A stretch of DNA of 64,000 nt, from positions 96,001 to 160,000 of IMG/VR virus record IMGVR_UViG_3300045988_120991. One strand, written 5' to 3'. This stretch comes from a virus. Below are positions 39,662 through 48,761 of the stretch, piece after piece. The position numbers were made by a program, and so were the translations under genes. How positions within the stretch are numbered: the stretch's first letter is position 1; each line of letters opens with the position of its first letter. The notes under the pieces were generated by a model. That model was not told the DNA's origin and made no database searches. It was given only the letters and a program-made list of their open reading frames with translations.

Positions 39662-39925
39662 TTATCTATAATACCCTCCATCCGACGCATCTCTCTTATA
39701 ACGCTTACAACCTACTGGGTTGCCATGGCATCCAACTTCGTATACACACTTGCTGCAATCTCTTGTGAATGGAACTTTGTCTCCAAGTGCAACGTCTTTA
39801 ACGTCCACAAATTGCTCTGCATGTTTACACGTGGCTTTTTCTATAACTTCTGGATGTTCGTGTATATATTCATCAAACTTCTTAACGGCATCTACAAATG
39901 CCTGATATTGTTCTGGTGTCAGCAT
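39662..39925 (-). CDS. hypothetical protein (87 aa)
   Basis: Track ORF. Confidence 0.5.
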   Translation of the reverse strand: MLTPEQYQAFVDAVKKFDEYIHEHPEVIEKATCKHAEQFVDVKDVALGDKVPFTRDCSKCVYEVGCHGNPVGCKRYKRDASDGGYYR

Positions 39926-39929
39926 AATT

Positions 39930-40088
39930 ACTACACTACCCTCTTTCTAAACAAGTCAAATTTTCGGAAGAACTTTCCCCATGGTAAGCAACACCAATAT
40001 GTTACTCTATACCTACCATTTGAAGTAGTCTCGTAATAATGCCAAAAGCCGAAAAACGAATAAATCTTTTGCCATAGTGTCTTTTTCA
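39930..40088 (-). CDS. small aromatic/basic protein (52 aa), not in track
   Basis: ATG 40088 follows GAGGAGTAAATAAG. The translation is MKKTLWQKIYSFFGFWHYYE... Confidence 0.4.
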
Positions 40089-40094
40089 TCTTAT

Positions 40095-40340
40095 TTACTC
40101 CTCGCCTTCCTCATCTTCCTTTGCTGGTTTTCCATGAATCCCAAATAGCTTACCATCCCACAGACAATCTCGTGCTTGATTAGCCATTTCAACCAATTCA
40201 GCAACAAGATTTTTCAAATCCTCAACAGAACGACACCCATCATAATCACAACCAATTGCCCAAATATCAAATAACAACTCGTCCACACAGTCTGGAGAAC
40301 ACATCTTACAATTAGTTTGTTTATCAATCCAATACTTCAA
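40095..40340 (-). CDS. hypothetical protein (81 aa)
   Basis: Track ORF. Confidence 0.5.
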   Translation of the reverse strand: MKYWIDKQTNCKMCSPDCVDELLFDIWAIGCDYDGCRSVEDLKNLVAELVEMANQARDCLWDGKLFGIHGKPAKEDEEGEE

Positions 40341-40518
40341 AATTTATTCTCCTTTTATCACAAATAATAAAATTCGGCTTAGCTTTGGGAGTATAATGAA
40401 ATGCTAACTGTGCCAGACTCAAATCTAACTCACAAAATGTACCTTGCCAATGAGGACAATCTGTATCAGGAGCAGTACAGTATCCATGTCCGTGGTCACA
40501 AAAAGGAATATTAATCAA
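40324..40518 (-). CDS. hypothetical protein (64 aa)
   Basis: Track ORF. Confidence 0.45.
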   Translation of the reverse strand: MINIPFCDHGHGYCTAPDTDCPHWQGTFCELDLSLAQLAFHYTPKAKPNFIICDKRRINFEVLD

Positions 40519-40721
40519 AATACCGCCTCCTCATAATTCATACACCAAAAGTCCTCACAATAGCTACATCCTCTCACTAATTGTGTGTGCTCTTTATCCA
40601 AGTGTAATTTACAAAAAATAGGGCTACCTATAACTTTACCACTTTCAAATTCAATCACTTCATGAACTACATAGTTACAATAATCGCAACAAGGGATACA
40701 TTCTTCACTACATTTCCTCAT
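40515..40721 (-). CDS. Cys-rich protein (68 aa)
   Basis: Track ORF with multiple CxxC pairs. Confidence 0.5.
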   Translation of the reverse strand: MRKCSEECIPCCDYCNYVVHEVIEFESGKVIGSPIFCKLHLDKEHTQLVRGCSYCEDFWCMNYEEAVF

Positions 40722-41209
40722 AGTCTCCTCCCAATTTCATTCGTAATTCTTTCGGCCTCTCTAATTTCTTTCTCTGCTTGCTTACGGATACTGTCGATGT
40801 CCTTCTGAACAAGTTCAAGCATCCCTCTCATATCTTCGTTGTGCTTATACTTCTTCTTTACCTTTTGTTTATGTTTATCCCAATAATAAAATCTGATATA
40901 TGAGAATAATTTAAATTTGATTTTATATTTGTTTCTAAACTGTACACCATATTGACAATACATATTATATTCATTATATTCTTCTTTAATATTTAAAGAA
41001 CATGGTTCTCCATTATTGTATTCTATTTCATATCTGTCTGGATTTAAATTATAAAAATCTATAAAATCTTTGAAGGATAAAAATATTTCACTTTTGCCAT
41101 CGCCATAACCACTCTGATTGAAATAGTTTTGCTTTATAACAAGCATCAATACAAAAATAGCAATACCAATAATTGTGAAAAATATTAAACAAAAAATAGG
41201 AAATGTCAT
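40718..41209 (-). CDS. membrane-anchored protein (163 aa)
   Basis: It has an N-terminal TM helix and a basic, coiled C-terminus. Confidence 0.55.
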   Translation of the reverse strand: MTFPIFCLIFFTIIGIAIFVLMLVIKQNYFNQSGYGDGKSEIFLSFKDFIDFYNLNPDRYEIEYNNGEPCSLNIKEEYNEYNMYCQYGVQFRNKYKIKFKLFSYIRFYYWDKHKQKVKKKYKHNEDMRGMLELVQKDIDSIRKQAEKEIREAERITNEIGRRL

Positions 41210-41823
41210 AACTCCTCCTCTAACTCCGTTTCGTTTTTTATGTTTTCTGCTAATATATTTTCAAAAACCTCCTTGCCCTCGTCAGAGGGATTTATATTAT
41301 ATTTTTCAAAAAGATGGAGCTGAGGAGCAAACTCTCCGTAGTATTTTGCTTCTGCTTTAAGACGAGTAATAATTGCATCCTCTTTATTTATGAAACACCC
41401 CAATTGAACCTGATTTTTATTAATTGAAATGTATACGCGCCAATAGTTTTGCTTCTTGTCATAACAGACACCAACAACACCAGAATTATTTCTATTTGTT
41501 TTCTTTCTATTTTGACTTTGTTGCTCTTGTGTAGCTTTTCTTAAATTGCTTTTTCTATTATTCATAGGGTCCCTATCCTTATGGTCGTATTCTTTCCCCA
41601 CAATTAACCAATGCATCCATATCATTTGTTCTAAATTAGAATCCCATGCTCTTAATTCATGATAACCATTTCTCCATCTATCACTCCATGTATAATCTTT
41701 TATTTTATCATAATCCTCTGGATCAAAATAAAACGGATTTCCAGTATTTCTACAATATCCTACACCTGGAATATTTTCGTCATATTTATTTCCTTGTTTT
41801 TTCTTTATTTGTTTATCTTCCAT
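41206..41823 (-). CDS. HNH homing endonuclease with AP2 DNA-binding domain
   Basis: The HNH motif is YDHKDRDPMNNRKSNLR. The AP2-like domain is SGVVGVCYDKKQNYWRVYISINKNQVQLGCFINKEDAIITRLKAEAKYYGEFA. Confidence 0.8.
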   Translation of the reverse strand: MEDKQIKKKQGNKYDENIPGVGYCRNTGNPFYFDPEDYDKIKDYTWSDRWRNGYHELRAWDSNLEQMIWMHWLIVGKEYDHKDRDPMNNRKSNLRKATQEQQSQNRKKTNRNNSGVVGVCYDKKQNYWRVYISINKNQVQLGCFINKEDAIITRLKAEAKYYGEFAPQLHLFEKYNINPSDEGKEVFENILAENIKNETELEEEL

Positions 41824-41885
41824 AATCCATTATTGAGTAAGAATTCTTTTATGGTATTTTTTAATTTCCTACATTCTCCTTTTCA

Positions 41886-42938
41886 TTAAATTTCATCTTC
41901 TGCTAATTCTTCCTCTAATTCGTTGATATCTTGAATTTCATTATTTAATATATAATAAAAATTATCTTTTCCTCCGTCTGTTGGAGATTCCTTTTCACCT
42001 ATTGACAAAGAATTCCTCCAGTCAAACCAAGTAATTTTAAATTTCCTCATAGTTGCTAACGATTTTAATGTTTGTGCATTTTTATATGTAATTTCTGGAT
42101 CAAGTCCTTCATCGAGCATAAAACAATACTCTTTTGCATTTAAACTTAATAATTCTTTAGCTTGGTTTTCGCTTAATATGTTGCCCATAATACTTACAGC
42201 ATTTTGATAACCATAAGAATCTGCTGCAATTACACTTTTTTCTGCTTCAAATATAAATATTTTATCTGAACCATATAGCCAAGGATAGTTCTGATAAGCA
42301 CCATAAAGTATTAAGCTTTTTTGACATGGATATTCAAAAATATATTTTGGATCATCTTCATTATCCGTATCATAATTTCTCCTGCACTTTGTCCCACACA
42401 AATCACCAAATGTATTCCTAATAGGTATGACTATTCTATCTGTTTCAACATTATACATAATTTCAAAACGACGTTGACTTTCTAACGATAAATGGTCTTT
42501 TAGAAATCTTGTGTTGCCTACTTTTAGATAATTATTTAAAATTGATTCGTTATACACTTTTGGTTGAGGTTTTGTCTTATTAATTATTCTAGAGAATACA
42601 CCTCCAAATATTTCTCTTTTATTACTTTGTGGCCTCCAATCGTCTGACAAATGAAGAATCTTCTTGATAGCTGTAAGTACAGTTCTAAAGTCTGTATGCT
42701 TTTCTTTAATAATATATGAAACAATATCACAATGCTCAGACCTTGCGTAGTCTGTTACATTGAGATAGTCATTATTCTCAAGCCTTATACGAATGTTCTG
42801 TCCGCCTTCACTGTTTCTAGCAAAGCGAATTTCATTTCTTTTAAGTGTGATATGCTCAAACTCGAACTCTTCAAGGAGGGCGTGAATGCTTTCTGGATTT
42901 TCTAATAGTTGTTTTTTTAGTTCTTGAATCACATTCAC
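41886..42938 (-). CDS. TOPRIM-domain DNA primase-like protein
   Basis: The TOPRIM acidic motifs are IFIFEAEKSV and CFMLDEGLD. It lies directly downstream (minus strand) of the helicase gene, behind promoter 42952..42996, and starts with GTG. Confidence 0.55.
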   Translation of the reverse strand: MNVIQELKKQLLENPESIHALLEEFEFEHITLKRNEIRFARNSEGGQNIRIRLENNDYLNVTDYARSEHCDIVSYIIKEKHTDFRTVLTAIKKILHLSDDWRPQSNKREIFGGVFSRIINKTKPQPKVYNESILNNYLKVGNTRFLKDHLSLESQRRFEIMYNVETDRIVIPIRNTFGDLCGTKCRRNYDTDNEDDPKYIFEYPCQKSLILYGAYQNYPWLYGSDKIFIFEAEKSVIAADSYGYQNAVSIMGNILSENQAKELLSLNAKEYCFMLDEGLDPEITYKNAQTLKSLATMRKFKITWFDWRNSLSIGEKESPTDGGKDNFYYILNNEIQDINELEEELAEDEI

Positions 42939-42951
42939 ACCACTCCTTTCG

Positions 42952-42996
42952 TTAATTTTGTATTGTAATTATATCATAAAATTTGGATTTGTCAAG
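42952..42996 (-). promoter_or_regulatory. sigma-70-type promoter with conserved downstream box
   Basis: The minus strand reads CTTGACAAATCCAAATTTTATGATATAATTACAATACAAAATTAACGAAAGGAG. Confidence 0.75.
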
Positions 42997-43037
42997 AGGA
43001 AGATGCTTATTTATATTTTATTTATTCACTAGGTCTA

Positions 43038-44606
43038 TTAATTTGAGCCAATAAACCCATGCTTCGGTTTGCCCCAGCAACATTCACTAAATGTAGCATA
43101 TCTACCGTTAAACCTAAACATCAATGCAGAACCAGAAGATGTAGAGTTTTCTGAATTTCTACTTTTTGCCAAGAAGCAGAATTTCCATGGATACTTTGGG
43201 TCGCACAAATAATCTTTTGTTACAGAATTTCCGTTTTCGTCTCTTACAATTTGATATGGATGACAAAAATATTTTGAAGATTGGTCAAGCTCATCCTTAT
43301 ATACATCTCTAATACAGAGTAATGTATCAAGTTGTTCTACCATTCCTTTTGCGCCTGATAACATATTAGAGTCTAGGAATAAGGCTCCCTTTTGGCTTTG
43401 TGCTAACTGGACAGAAGCGCACATAATCAGGTTAAATTTCTTTGCCAGGATGTCAAGATCGCGGCTATACTGTACAAGTTCTTCCCATGCTGCTAAATTA
43501 CCATCTCTCTTATTGCTATCAGAAATCTTTAGTGTGTCGAAAATAACCATAGAATACCCATACTGCAATGCATAGAATCTGATCTTTGACTTTACTACGT
43601 CAAATGAATTTTCAGAGAGTTGAATAAAATGCATTCTTCCTTTATAATGCTCGTTGAAATAATCCTTTGCCTTTTGAAGCATCCTTTTATTTTCGTCTGT
43701 TAATTTACCAGCCATAAGACTCGACTTTGTGATACCATACTCTTTAAAATGTTTGTATAGAATGAACAGTATCATGTTGATCTTCCAAACTTTTGATGAT
43801 TGCTCATTACACAAAATCAATATCTTTTCTTGAAGTGCCATAGACATGGCAATTGAACACCACATTGCAGTTTTACCACTTGACGAAAACCCAGCAATAT
43901 AGTGTGACGCTTGTCGAGTGAATCCCAATGTCAAAGAGGAAAGATAAGGAAAGACGTTCATGTTGTCCCCATTTATATCTTTTCCTGCGTATGCGTATGG
44001 AGTTCCGTACTCTTCTGCATTTTCCAACGACTCTAGAAATTCATCCGTAATTTCAATATCTACATCTTCAAGCAACTTTACATCGTAACCGCCAACATAC
44101 ATTTTGTTAAGCTGCGTTTCATACCACTCCACAAGTTCTGTTGATGTAAGATTTTTAGAAAATTCGAGTGGTGTCATTTCTTTTTTACCAATTTGAATCT
44201 TCTTTGTAAGATTAAATCCAGCATCATATAGGCGTAAAATTGTATTATATCTATAAAGTTCATCTAGAATGCTATCTTTATTCTTCAATGAAACAACGCT
44301 TGCCATATTATCAATTGCCTTATACCCTCCACGTTCATTGAACTTTTCTAGTGCTTCTTCAGATAAATTACTAATTACTGCAACTTCATCAAACTCGTTC
44401 AAATTTTTCGAACGAAGATGTTTTTCTACACCGAAATAAAAGCGCCCATCTTTACTGAAAAAGTCTGCCGATGATAATGAAATTTCATCTAGAATAAGTG
44501 GGTCTTGCCACAGGACACCAATTACAGATGCTTCTGCATTGATACGTCCTTCTAGTAGTTCTTTTGGATATTTGTCTTCTACACCTCTTAACCAAACATC
44601 ATTCAT
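43038..44606 (-). CDS. dnaB: DnaB-like replicative DNA helicase
   Basis: It has Walker A AGFSSSGKTAMW, a DnaB-like N-terminal domain (EASVIGVLWQDPLILDEI) and Walker B VIFDTL. Confidence 0.8.
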   Translation of the reverse strand: MNDVWLRGVEDKYPKELLEGRINAEASVIGVLWQDPLILDEISLSSADFFSKDGRFYFGVEKHLRSKNLNEFDEVAVISNLSEEALEKFNERGGYKAIDNMASVVSLKNKDSILDELYRYNTILRLYDAGFNLTKKIQIGKKEMTPLEFSKNLTSTELVEWYETQLNKMYVGGYDVKLLEDVDIEITDEFLESLENAEEYGTPYAYAGKDINGDNMNVFPYLSSLTLGFTRQASHYIAGFSSSGKTAMWCSIAMSMALQEKILILCNEQSSKVWKINMILFILYKHFKEYGITKSSLMAGKLTDENKRMLQKAKDYFNEHYKGRMHFIQLSENSFDVVKSKIRFYALQYGYSMVIFDTLKISDSNKRDGNLAAWEELVQYSRDLDILAKKFNLIMCASVQLAQSQKGALFLDSNMLSGAKGMVEQLDTLLCIRDVYKDELDQSSKYFCHPYQIVRDENGNSVTKDYLCDPKYPWKFCFLAKSRNSENSTSSGSALMFRFNGRYATFSECCWGKPKHGFIGSN

Positions 44607-45163
44607 AGATCATCCTCCAATTCCGCAAATGATTTTCGTACCTTTTTATTCTCCCTTACTGGCTCGAATAATACAAAAGAAGATTCCTTTGGTATAGCAT
44701 TGTCAACAACTGGAGGCTGTCCTCTATAATCATGTAGCTTCGATGACACAATAACACTATAATAGCGCACACGATTAAAGTCATTTGAAAATTCCTTTCG
44801 TGCTAATATGGAAGATAAGAAATCTTCATTCTCTTTGAGATAGCTTAAAATCTTCTTTCTGTCCGCAAGCTTCTCCCAATTCTTTACTTCTCTTTTCAGT
44901 ATTCCATAGCCTTGAAACTCATACCCGAAGATAGTTTTTGTTTCTTCAAAAATTTCATCGTACTCTGCCTTTTCTTTCACATATTCTTCCCTCTCTTGCT
45001 TATTTGCAAGTCTCTCAATCTCTTTCACTTTCTTTTCTGCGTTTGCTTTGTCATAGCATTCTTGATTACAATAATATGTATTATATTTCTCTCCTGGAAT
45101 TTGAAGAGCATCTTTCTTTTCTATTTTAGACTTACAGTATCTGCAAGTTACTCTCATTCCCAT
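44603..45163 (-). CDS. hypothetical protein with N-terminal zinc ribbon (186 aa)
   Basis: ATG 45163 follows GGAGGTAGACT. It contains CRYCKS...YYCNQEC. Confidence 0.6.
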   Translation of the reverse strand: MGMRVTCRYCKSKIEKKDALQIPGEKYNTYYCNQECYDKANAEKKVKEIERLANKQEREEYVKEKAEYDEIFEETKTIFGYEFQGYGILKREVKNWEKLADRKKILSYLKENEDFLSSILARKEFSNDFNRVRYYSVIVSSKLHDYRGQPPVVDNAIPKESSFVLFEPVRENKKVRKSFAELEDDL

Positions 45164-45173
45164 AGTCTACCTC

Positions 45174-45204
45174 CAAAAAAATAAGGGGAAGGTTGCCCTC
45201 CCCC
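45174..45204 (-). terminator. rho-independent terminator
   Basis: The minus strand reads GGGGAGGG-CAA-CCTTCCCC followed by TTATTTTTTT. Confidence 0.7.
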
Positions 45205-45210
45205 TGTTTG

Positions 45211-46413
45211 TTAAGCTAGGGCTTCTAGAATTGCCTTTAGAGTCTTCTCATCATGTACGTCTGCAAGCTTTGCACCATTTAGAATTCCCTTAATAATCTT
45301 CTTGGTTTCTGCATCTGCTACCTTGAATGCAGGTCTGATAGTTGCTTTGGCTGCGTCCTCATCAAAAGTCTCTGTATCGCCTTCGTTATCTTCATCGAAA
45401 AGATCCGTGTCATCATCGTCCCAAGGAGCAGCTTCTGCTTCATCTGACTGAACTGGAGTAGCATCAATCTCTTCGTCTTCCTCAACGACAGGCTCCTCAA
45501 CCTTTGCCTTCTTGGTAATCTTCTTAGCAGTCTTCTTGACTAAAACCTCTACATCACCAGAAGAAGCGTTGCAAGTCTTACTCTTTTCCATACCATCCTC
45601 GATAACCTTGATAAAATCCTTTGCCATATTTGGCTTGTCAAATACTAGATACTCAGGCACTGCACCAAAAGCAAATCTGCCACCAGCATCAATTTCAGGG
45701 GTGCCGCGGAAATAAAGCTTACGAATAGAATCAGTTGCATATCTCTTAGCATCGCTTCCCTCTCCAACAGTCTCAATATTACGGTCAATCATACCAGTAA
45801 CAACGACATCAAAGATGTCGCCTAGAGCCGCTTCATATGCGGCAGATAGATTGCTTGTTAGCTGCATATAGCCCTCGCTGTCTACATTTGCCTTATCCTT
45901 AATATTCTTATACTTCGAATGGCCTAGAACCCAAACCTGAATACCCGCCTTGCGAATCTTATCAAAATAGTTCTTCATAAGAGTGGCGGAATACTGTTCT
46001 CCTGCAGTATAGCCCCCCATAGCCGCCTTCACAGATTTTACCGTCTTCTGAGGATTCTCAATATTGTGCTGACGGATAGTTTCCTTATCAAACAGGGGAA
46101 CAAGTTCATCGGCAACATCGAAACCAACAATTTCAATGTGATGCTCAGTTCCCTTGCCCTCAATCAGCCACTTTTGGAACTCAATAAGATCCTTGTAAGT
46201 ATCTAGATGAAGAGTGTTTAGGTTATCTAGCAGCTCATCACCGTGCTCCATGCCAATTTCTGCAAGGCATCCATAGGTTGGGTCTCCATACTTCTCCATA
46301 ATTACGTCTCTAAATAGAGTGGACTTTCCGAATTTCTTTACTGAACGAATATAAATACTTACATTCTTTAGATCTGGTTTAATAGTCTTTACAGTAGGTT
46401 TTACAAATGCCAT
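45211..46413 (-). CDS. putative P-loop ATPase (AAA_24/Sak4-like) with acidic C-terminal region
   Basis: I trimmed the track ORF to ATG 46413 (AAGGAG 9 nt upstream). It has a Walker-A-like KKFGKST and a Walker-B-like IVGFDVADE. The family assignment is tentative. Confidence 0.45.
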   Translation of the reverse strand: MAFVKPTVKTIKPDLKNVSIYIRSVKKFGKSTLFRDVIMEKYGDPTYGCLAEIGMEHGDELLDNLNTLHLDTYKDLIEFQKWLIEGKGTEHHIEIVGFDVADELVPLFDKETIRQHNIENPQKTVKSVKAAMGGYTAGEQYSATLMKNYFDKIRKAGIQVWVLGHSKYKNIKDKANVDSEGYMQLTSNLSAAYEAALGDIFDVVVTGMIDRNIETVGEGSDAKRYATDSIRKLYFRGTPEIDAGGRFAFGAVPEYLVFDKPNMAKDFIKVIEDGMEKSKTCNASSGDVEVLVKKTAKKITKKAKVEEPVVEEDEEIDATPVQSDEAEAAPWDDDDTDLFDEDNEGDTETFDEDAAKATIRPAFKVADAETKKIIKGILNGAKLADVHDEKTLKAILEALA

Positions 46414-46414
46414 A

Positions 46415-46792
46415 TTAATTATCTCCTTCATTAATTAAAATTTTTTCATAATTTTCTTTATACATGAAAATATATCCATGAGAATATTTATGACGACCAG
46501 AACAACATTCACCAATACTAGATTTAGAAAATCCAGTTTGATTTGAAGCTTCTGATATGCTTGAATACTCCTTAATATATTTATTATCTTTTGTTAATTG
46601 CACAACTAATCTTTCTCTATGTGATTTATATTTATATACAATAGATGGATCGTATTCGTCTTCGTATAACCACATAAAACCACCGGATGATATTTTTATA
46701 TGTCTCACACAGGCACTAATTTGCTGATATCTAACTCCGGTACACTTTTCTGCTTCTTTTAATGAATTATATGTTTGTAAATATTCTCCATT
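46415..46792 (-). pseudogene. homing-endonuclease remnant: two DNA-binding modules, no nuclease domain, no ATG
   Basis: The frame is open from the twin TAA TAA at 46793..46798. It encodes GEYLQTYNSLKEAEKCTGVRYQQISACVRHIKISSGGFMWLYEDEYD and then a second module, both matching the repeats of ORF 34218..35507. Confidence 0.55.
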
Positions 46793-46816
46793 TTATTATC
46801 TCTAAATTCACCTCCA

Positions 46817-46853
46817 TTAATTTTGTATTATAAAGGGAGAAATTAATCTCCCT
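46817..46853 (-). promoter_or_regulatory. terminator-like hairpin followed by a TATAAT-like element and a box copy
   Basis: The minus strand reads AGGGAGA-TTAATT-TCTCCCT-TTATAATACAAAATTAATGGAGG. Confidence 0.5.
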
Positions 46854-48028
46854 TATAGATCATCATCAAACAAATCCACATCTTCTGTATCTTCTTTGAC
46901 ATCGGCTCTAGCAGGATGCATATCGTCTGTAGTATAACTTGTATCTTCAACATTCTTTTTTCTTGCATTTAGACCCTTGAAACGAATCTCGGAAATTCTT
47001 TCTCCTGCCTTTTGTCCACCCATTGCTGCCGCTAACTCTTCTACTGTCACTAGCCCACAGTCCACATCCTCTTTATCTTCATCACTCAAATCTTCATAAG
47101 TAATTGCAGACATACTCGCACCTTGAATTACTTCTCCTACAAGACCAATGTTCTTAATTTCATCGTCATCTGCAACGAGCTTCTTCTTCATCACTTTTAG
47201 CTTCTTTTCATCACGAACAACAAATGTAATAGGTGTAAAGCCGTTTTTCTTCATCATACCATCCCAATATGTGGTATACCCATTGATAAATCCCTTGCCA
47301 GTTTCATCAAAGTCTGAATCATCTACTGCGTTAGCTCCAAAATAAAAATCTACAGAAAGATCTGTGGCTTCATCAATACCATCTTTTGCAATATCAACAC
47401 GGTTCACATGATAATTTACATAGAAACGACCCTTTTCTGCATTATACTGCACCTCCTGATAGCCAGAAATACGGAACACAGTATCCTTAATTTTAGGGGA
47501 AGAAACTACCTTAGTCATAAACTCGGCAAAATCCCACTCACTCAAGAACACATGGCGTCTCTTGTTACTCTTATCAAGAGCTTCCTTTACCTCTTCAAGA
47601 TTATTACATCCTGTCTTGGCAATTAATTCATCAGTAATCTCATCATTTTCAAATGCCTTTACTGCATCTTGTAGTGCATAACGCATCTGAGCATCCCCAA
47701 GATCTACAACAAATTTACGATAGCCCGCAACTTTTTCGATTTCCTTTTCATCAAATCTCTTTGACCAGGGAATGTCAATCTTTTCTCCCTTGGTAACAGA
47801 ACCGTCCTCATTAGTTACAGTTTTTGCAATTGTCTTTACAACATTTTTTTTGTCATCATTCCATTTTCCACCTTGTGCTACACACATCACACGATTAGTT
47901 CTAGAAATGCAGTTAAATCTAACTGTAGTCATAGACCAGCCTGAATCAAAAGTCTTTTTCTCTACTGGATGAAATGAGTTCGAATCCTTAATGCTTTGAA
48001 TTTTCCCGATAAATGTAAATTGATTCAT
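46853..48028 (-). CDS. putative ssDNA-binding protein (acidic C-terminal tip)
   Basis: It is 391 aa. The C-terminus DVDLFDDDL resembles SSB tails and the gene lies in the replication module. I see no firm motif. Confidence 0.4.
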   Translation of the reverse strand: MNQFTFIGKIQSIKDSNSFHPVEKKTFDSGWSMTTVRFNCISRTNRVMCVAQGGKWNDDKKNVVKTIAKTVTNEDGSVTKGEKIDIPWSKRFDEKEIEKVAGYRKFVVDLGDAQMRYALQDAVKAFENDEITDELIAKTGCNNLEEVKEALDKSNKRRHVFLSEWDFAEFMTKVVSSPKIKDTVFRISGYQEVQYNAEKGRFYVNYHVNRVDIAKDGIDEATDLSVDFYFGANAVDDSDFDETGKGFINGYTTYWDGMMKKNGFTPITFVVRDEKKLKVMKKKLVADDDEIKNIGLVGEVIQGASMSAITYEDLSDEDKEDVDCGLVTVEELAAAMGGQKAGERISEIRFKGLNARKKNVEDTSYTTDDMHPARADVKEDTEDVDLFDDDL

Positions 48029-48049
48029 TATTATATTTCCTTTCTTTCA

Positions 48050-48064
48050 TTAATTTTGTACTGT
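48050..48064 (-). promoter_or_regulatory. conserved box copy with a weak -10 (TATTAA)
   Basis: The minus strand reads TTATATTAATACAGTACAAAATTAATGAAAGAAAGGA. Confidence 0.5.
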
Positions 48065-48065
48065 A

Positions 48066-48269
48066 TTAATATAAAAAATATCTTGGATCGTTATTTATAT
48101 CCCAATATAAATACTTATCATCCAAGTTGTCGCCTATCCATAACTGTAATGTTTCGTCTTCACATTCTTCACAAAACATTTCATAATATAGTTCTTCTGT
48201 CTTATATGGATATTTTATGTAATGCACTGCACCACAACTGCAGCATTGGTAGTATCCTCCTACTTTCAT
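48066..48269 (-). CDS. zinc-ribbon protein (67 aa)
   Basis: It contains CCSCG...CEECE. Confidence 0.5.
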   Translation of the reverse strand: MKVGGYYQCCSCGAVHYIKYPYKTEELYYEMFCEECEDETLQLWIGDNLDDKYLYWDINNDPRYFLY

Positions 48270-48348
48270 ACACTCGCCCTAATGTCAACCCGACATTTTG
48301 CTGCCTCCTTTCCTCATGTGGTATAACCACTTTTCTACTTATGTTGTG

Positions 48349-48378
48349 ATTATACCACATAATGTAAGTTTTGTCAAT
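48349..48378 (-). promoter_or_regulatory. sigma-70-type promoter without the box
   Basis: The minus strand reads ATTGACAAAACTTACATTATGTGGTATAATCACAAC. Confidence 0.65.
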
Positions 48379-48625
48379 AGTTTAAAATAATTTTTATTGT
48401 CATCCTATTTCCGTTGATTACGATCCTTCCATCATCAACCTCATACGAAACAACATCATCTTTATCAATACATATTGCCTGTCCATACACACGGAACCCC
48501 CATCCCGCTTCTGTCTCTGGTACAAACTTCATCTGAATATGTTGCTTGTCAAAGAGCTTATGCTCAGTATAAATATCTACATTTTTCCCCTTTATTTCTT
48601 TTAATGCATCAATTAATTGTCTCAT
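48374..48625 (-). CDS. hypothetical protein (83 aa)
   Basis: Track ORF. The SD is AAAAGGGGAGAAAAAC. Confidence 0.55.
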   Translation of the reverse strand: MRQLIDALKEIKGKNVDIYTEHKLFDKQHIQMKFVPETEAGWGFRVYGQAICIDKDDVVSYEVDDGRIVINGNRMTIKIILNY

Positions 48626-48661
48626 GTTTTTCTCCCCTTTTCGTCTAAAGTTTGTACGGAT

Positions 48662-48691
48662 ATTTTAGCATATTTGACCATAAATTACAAG
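48662..48691 (-). promoter_or_regulatory. promoter with extended -10
   Basis: The minus strand reads CTTGTAATTTATGGTCAAATATGCTAAAATATCC (TTGTAA, 17-nt spacer, TGCTAAAAT). Confidence 0.55.
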
Positions 48692-48721
48692 AACAAATGT
48701 TCTCCTTCTATAAATTACTAA

Positions 48722-48736
48722 TTAATTTTGTGCTGT
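48722..48736 (-). promoter_or_regulatory. conserved box variant (ACAGCACAAAATTAA)
   Basis: The minus strand reads CTGCTTACAGCACAAAATTAATTAG. Confidence 0.45.
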
Positions 48737-48761
48737 AAGCAGTATATAATAAGCAATATGC

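Noticed and set aside
48318-48358. A 9-bp inverted repeat GTGGTATAA/TTATACCAC that embeds the -10 of promoter 48349..48378.
   Set aside because: The arm containing the -10 is upstream of the expected transcription start, so it cannot be part of an RNA hairpin in transcripts from this promoter. It could matter only in read-through RNA or as DNA, and I have no supporting evidence.
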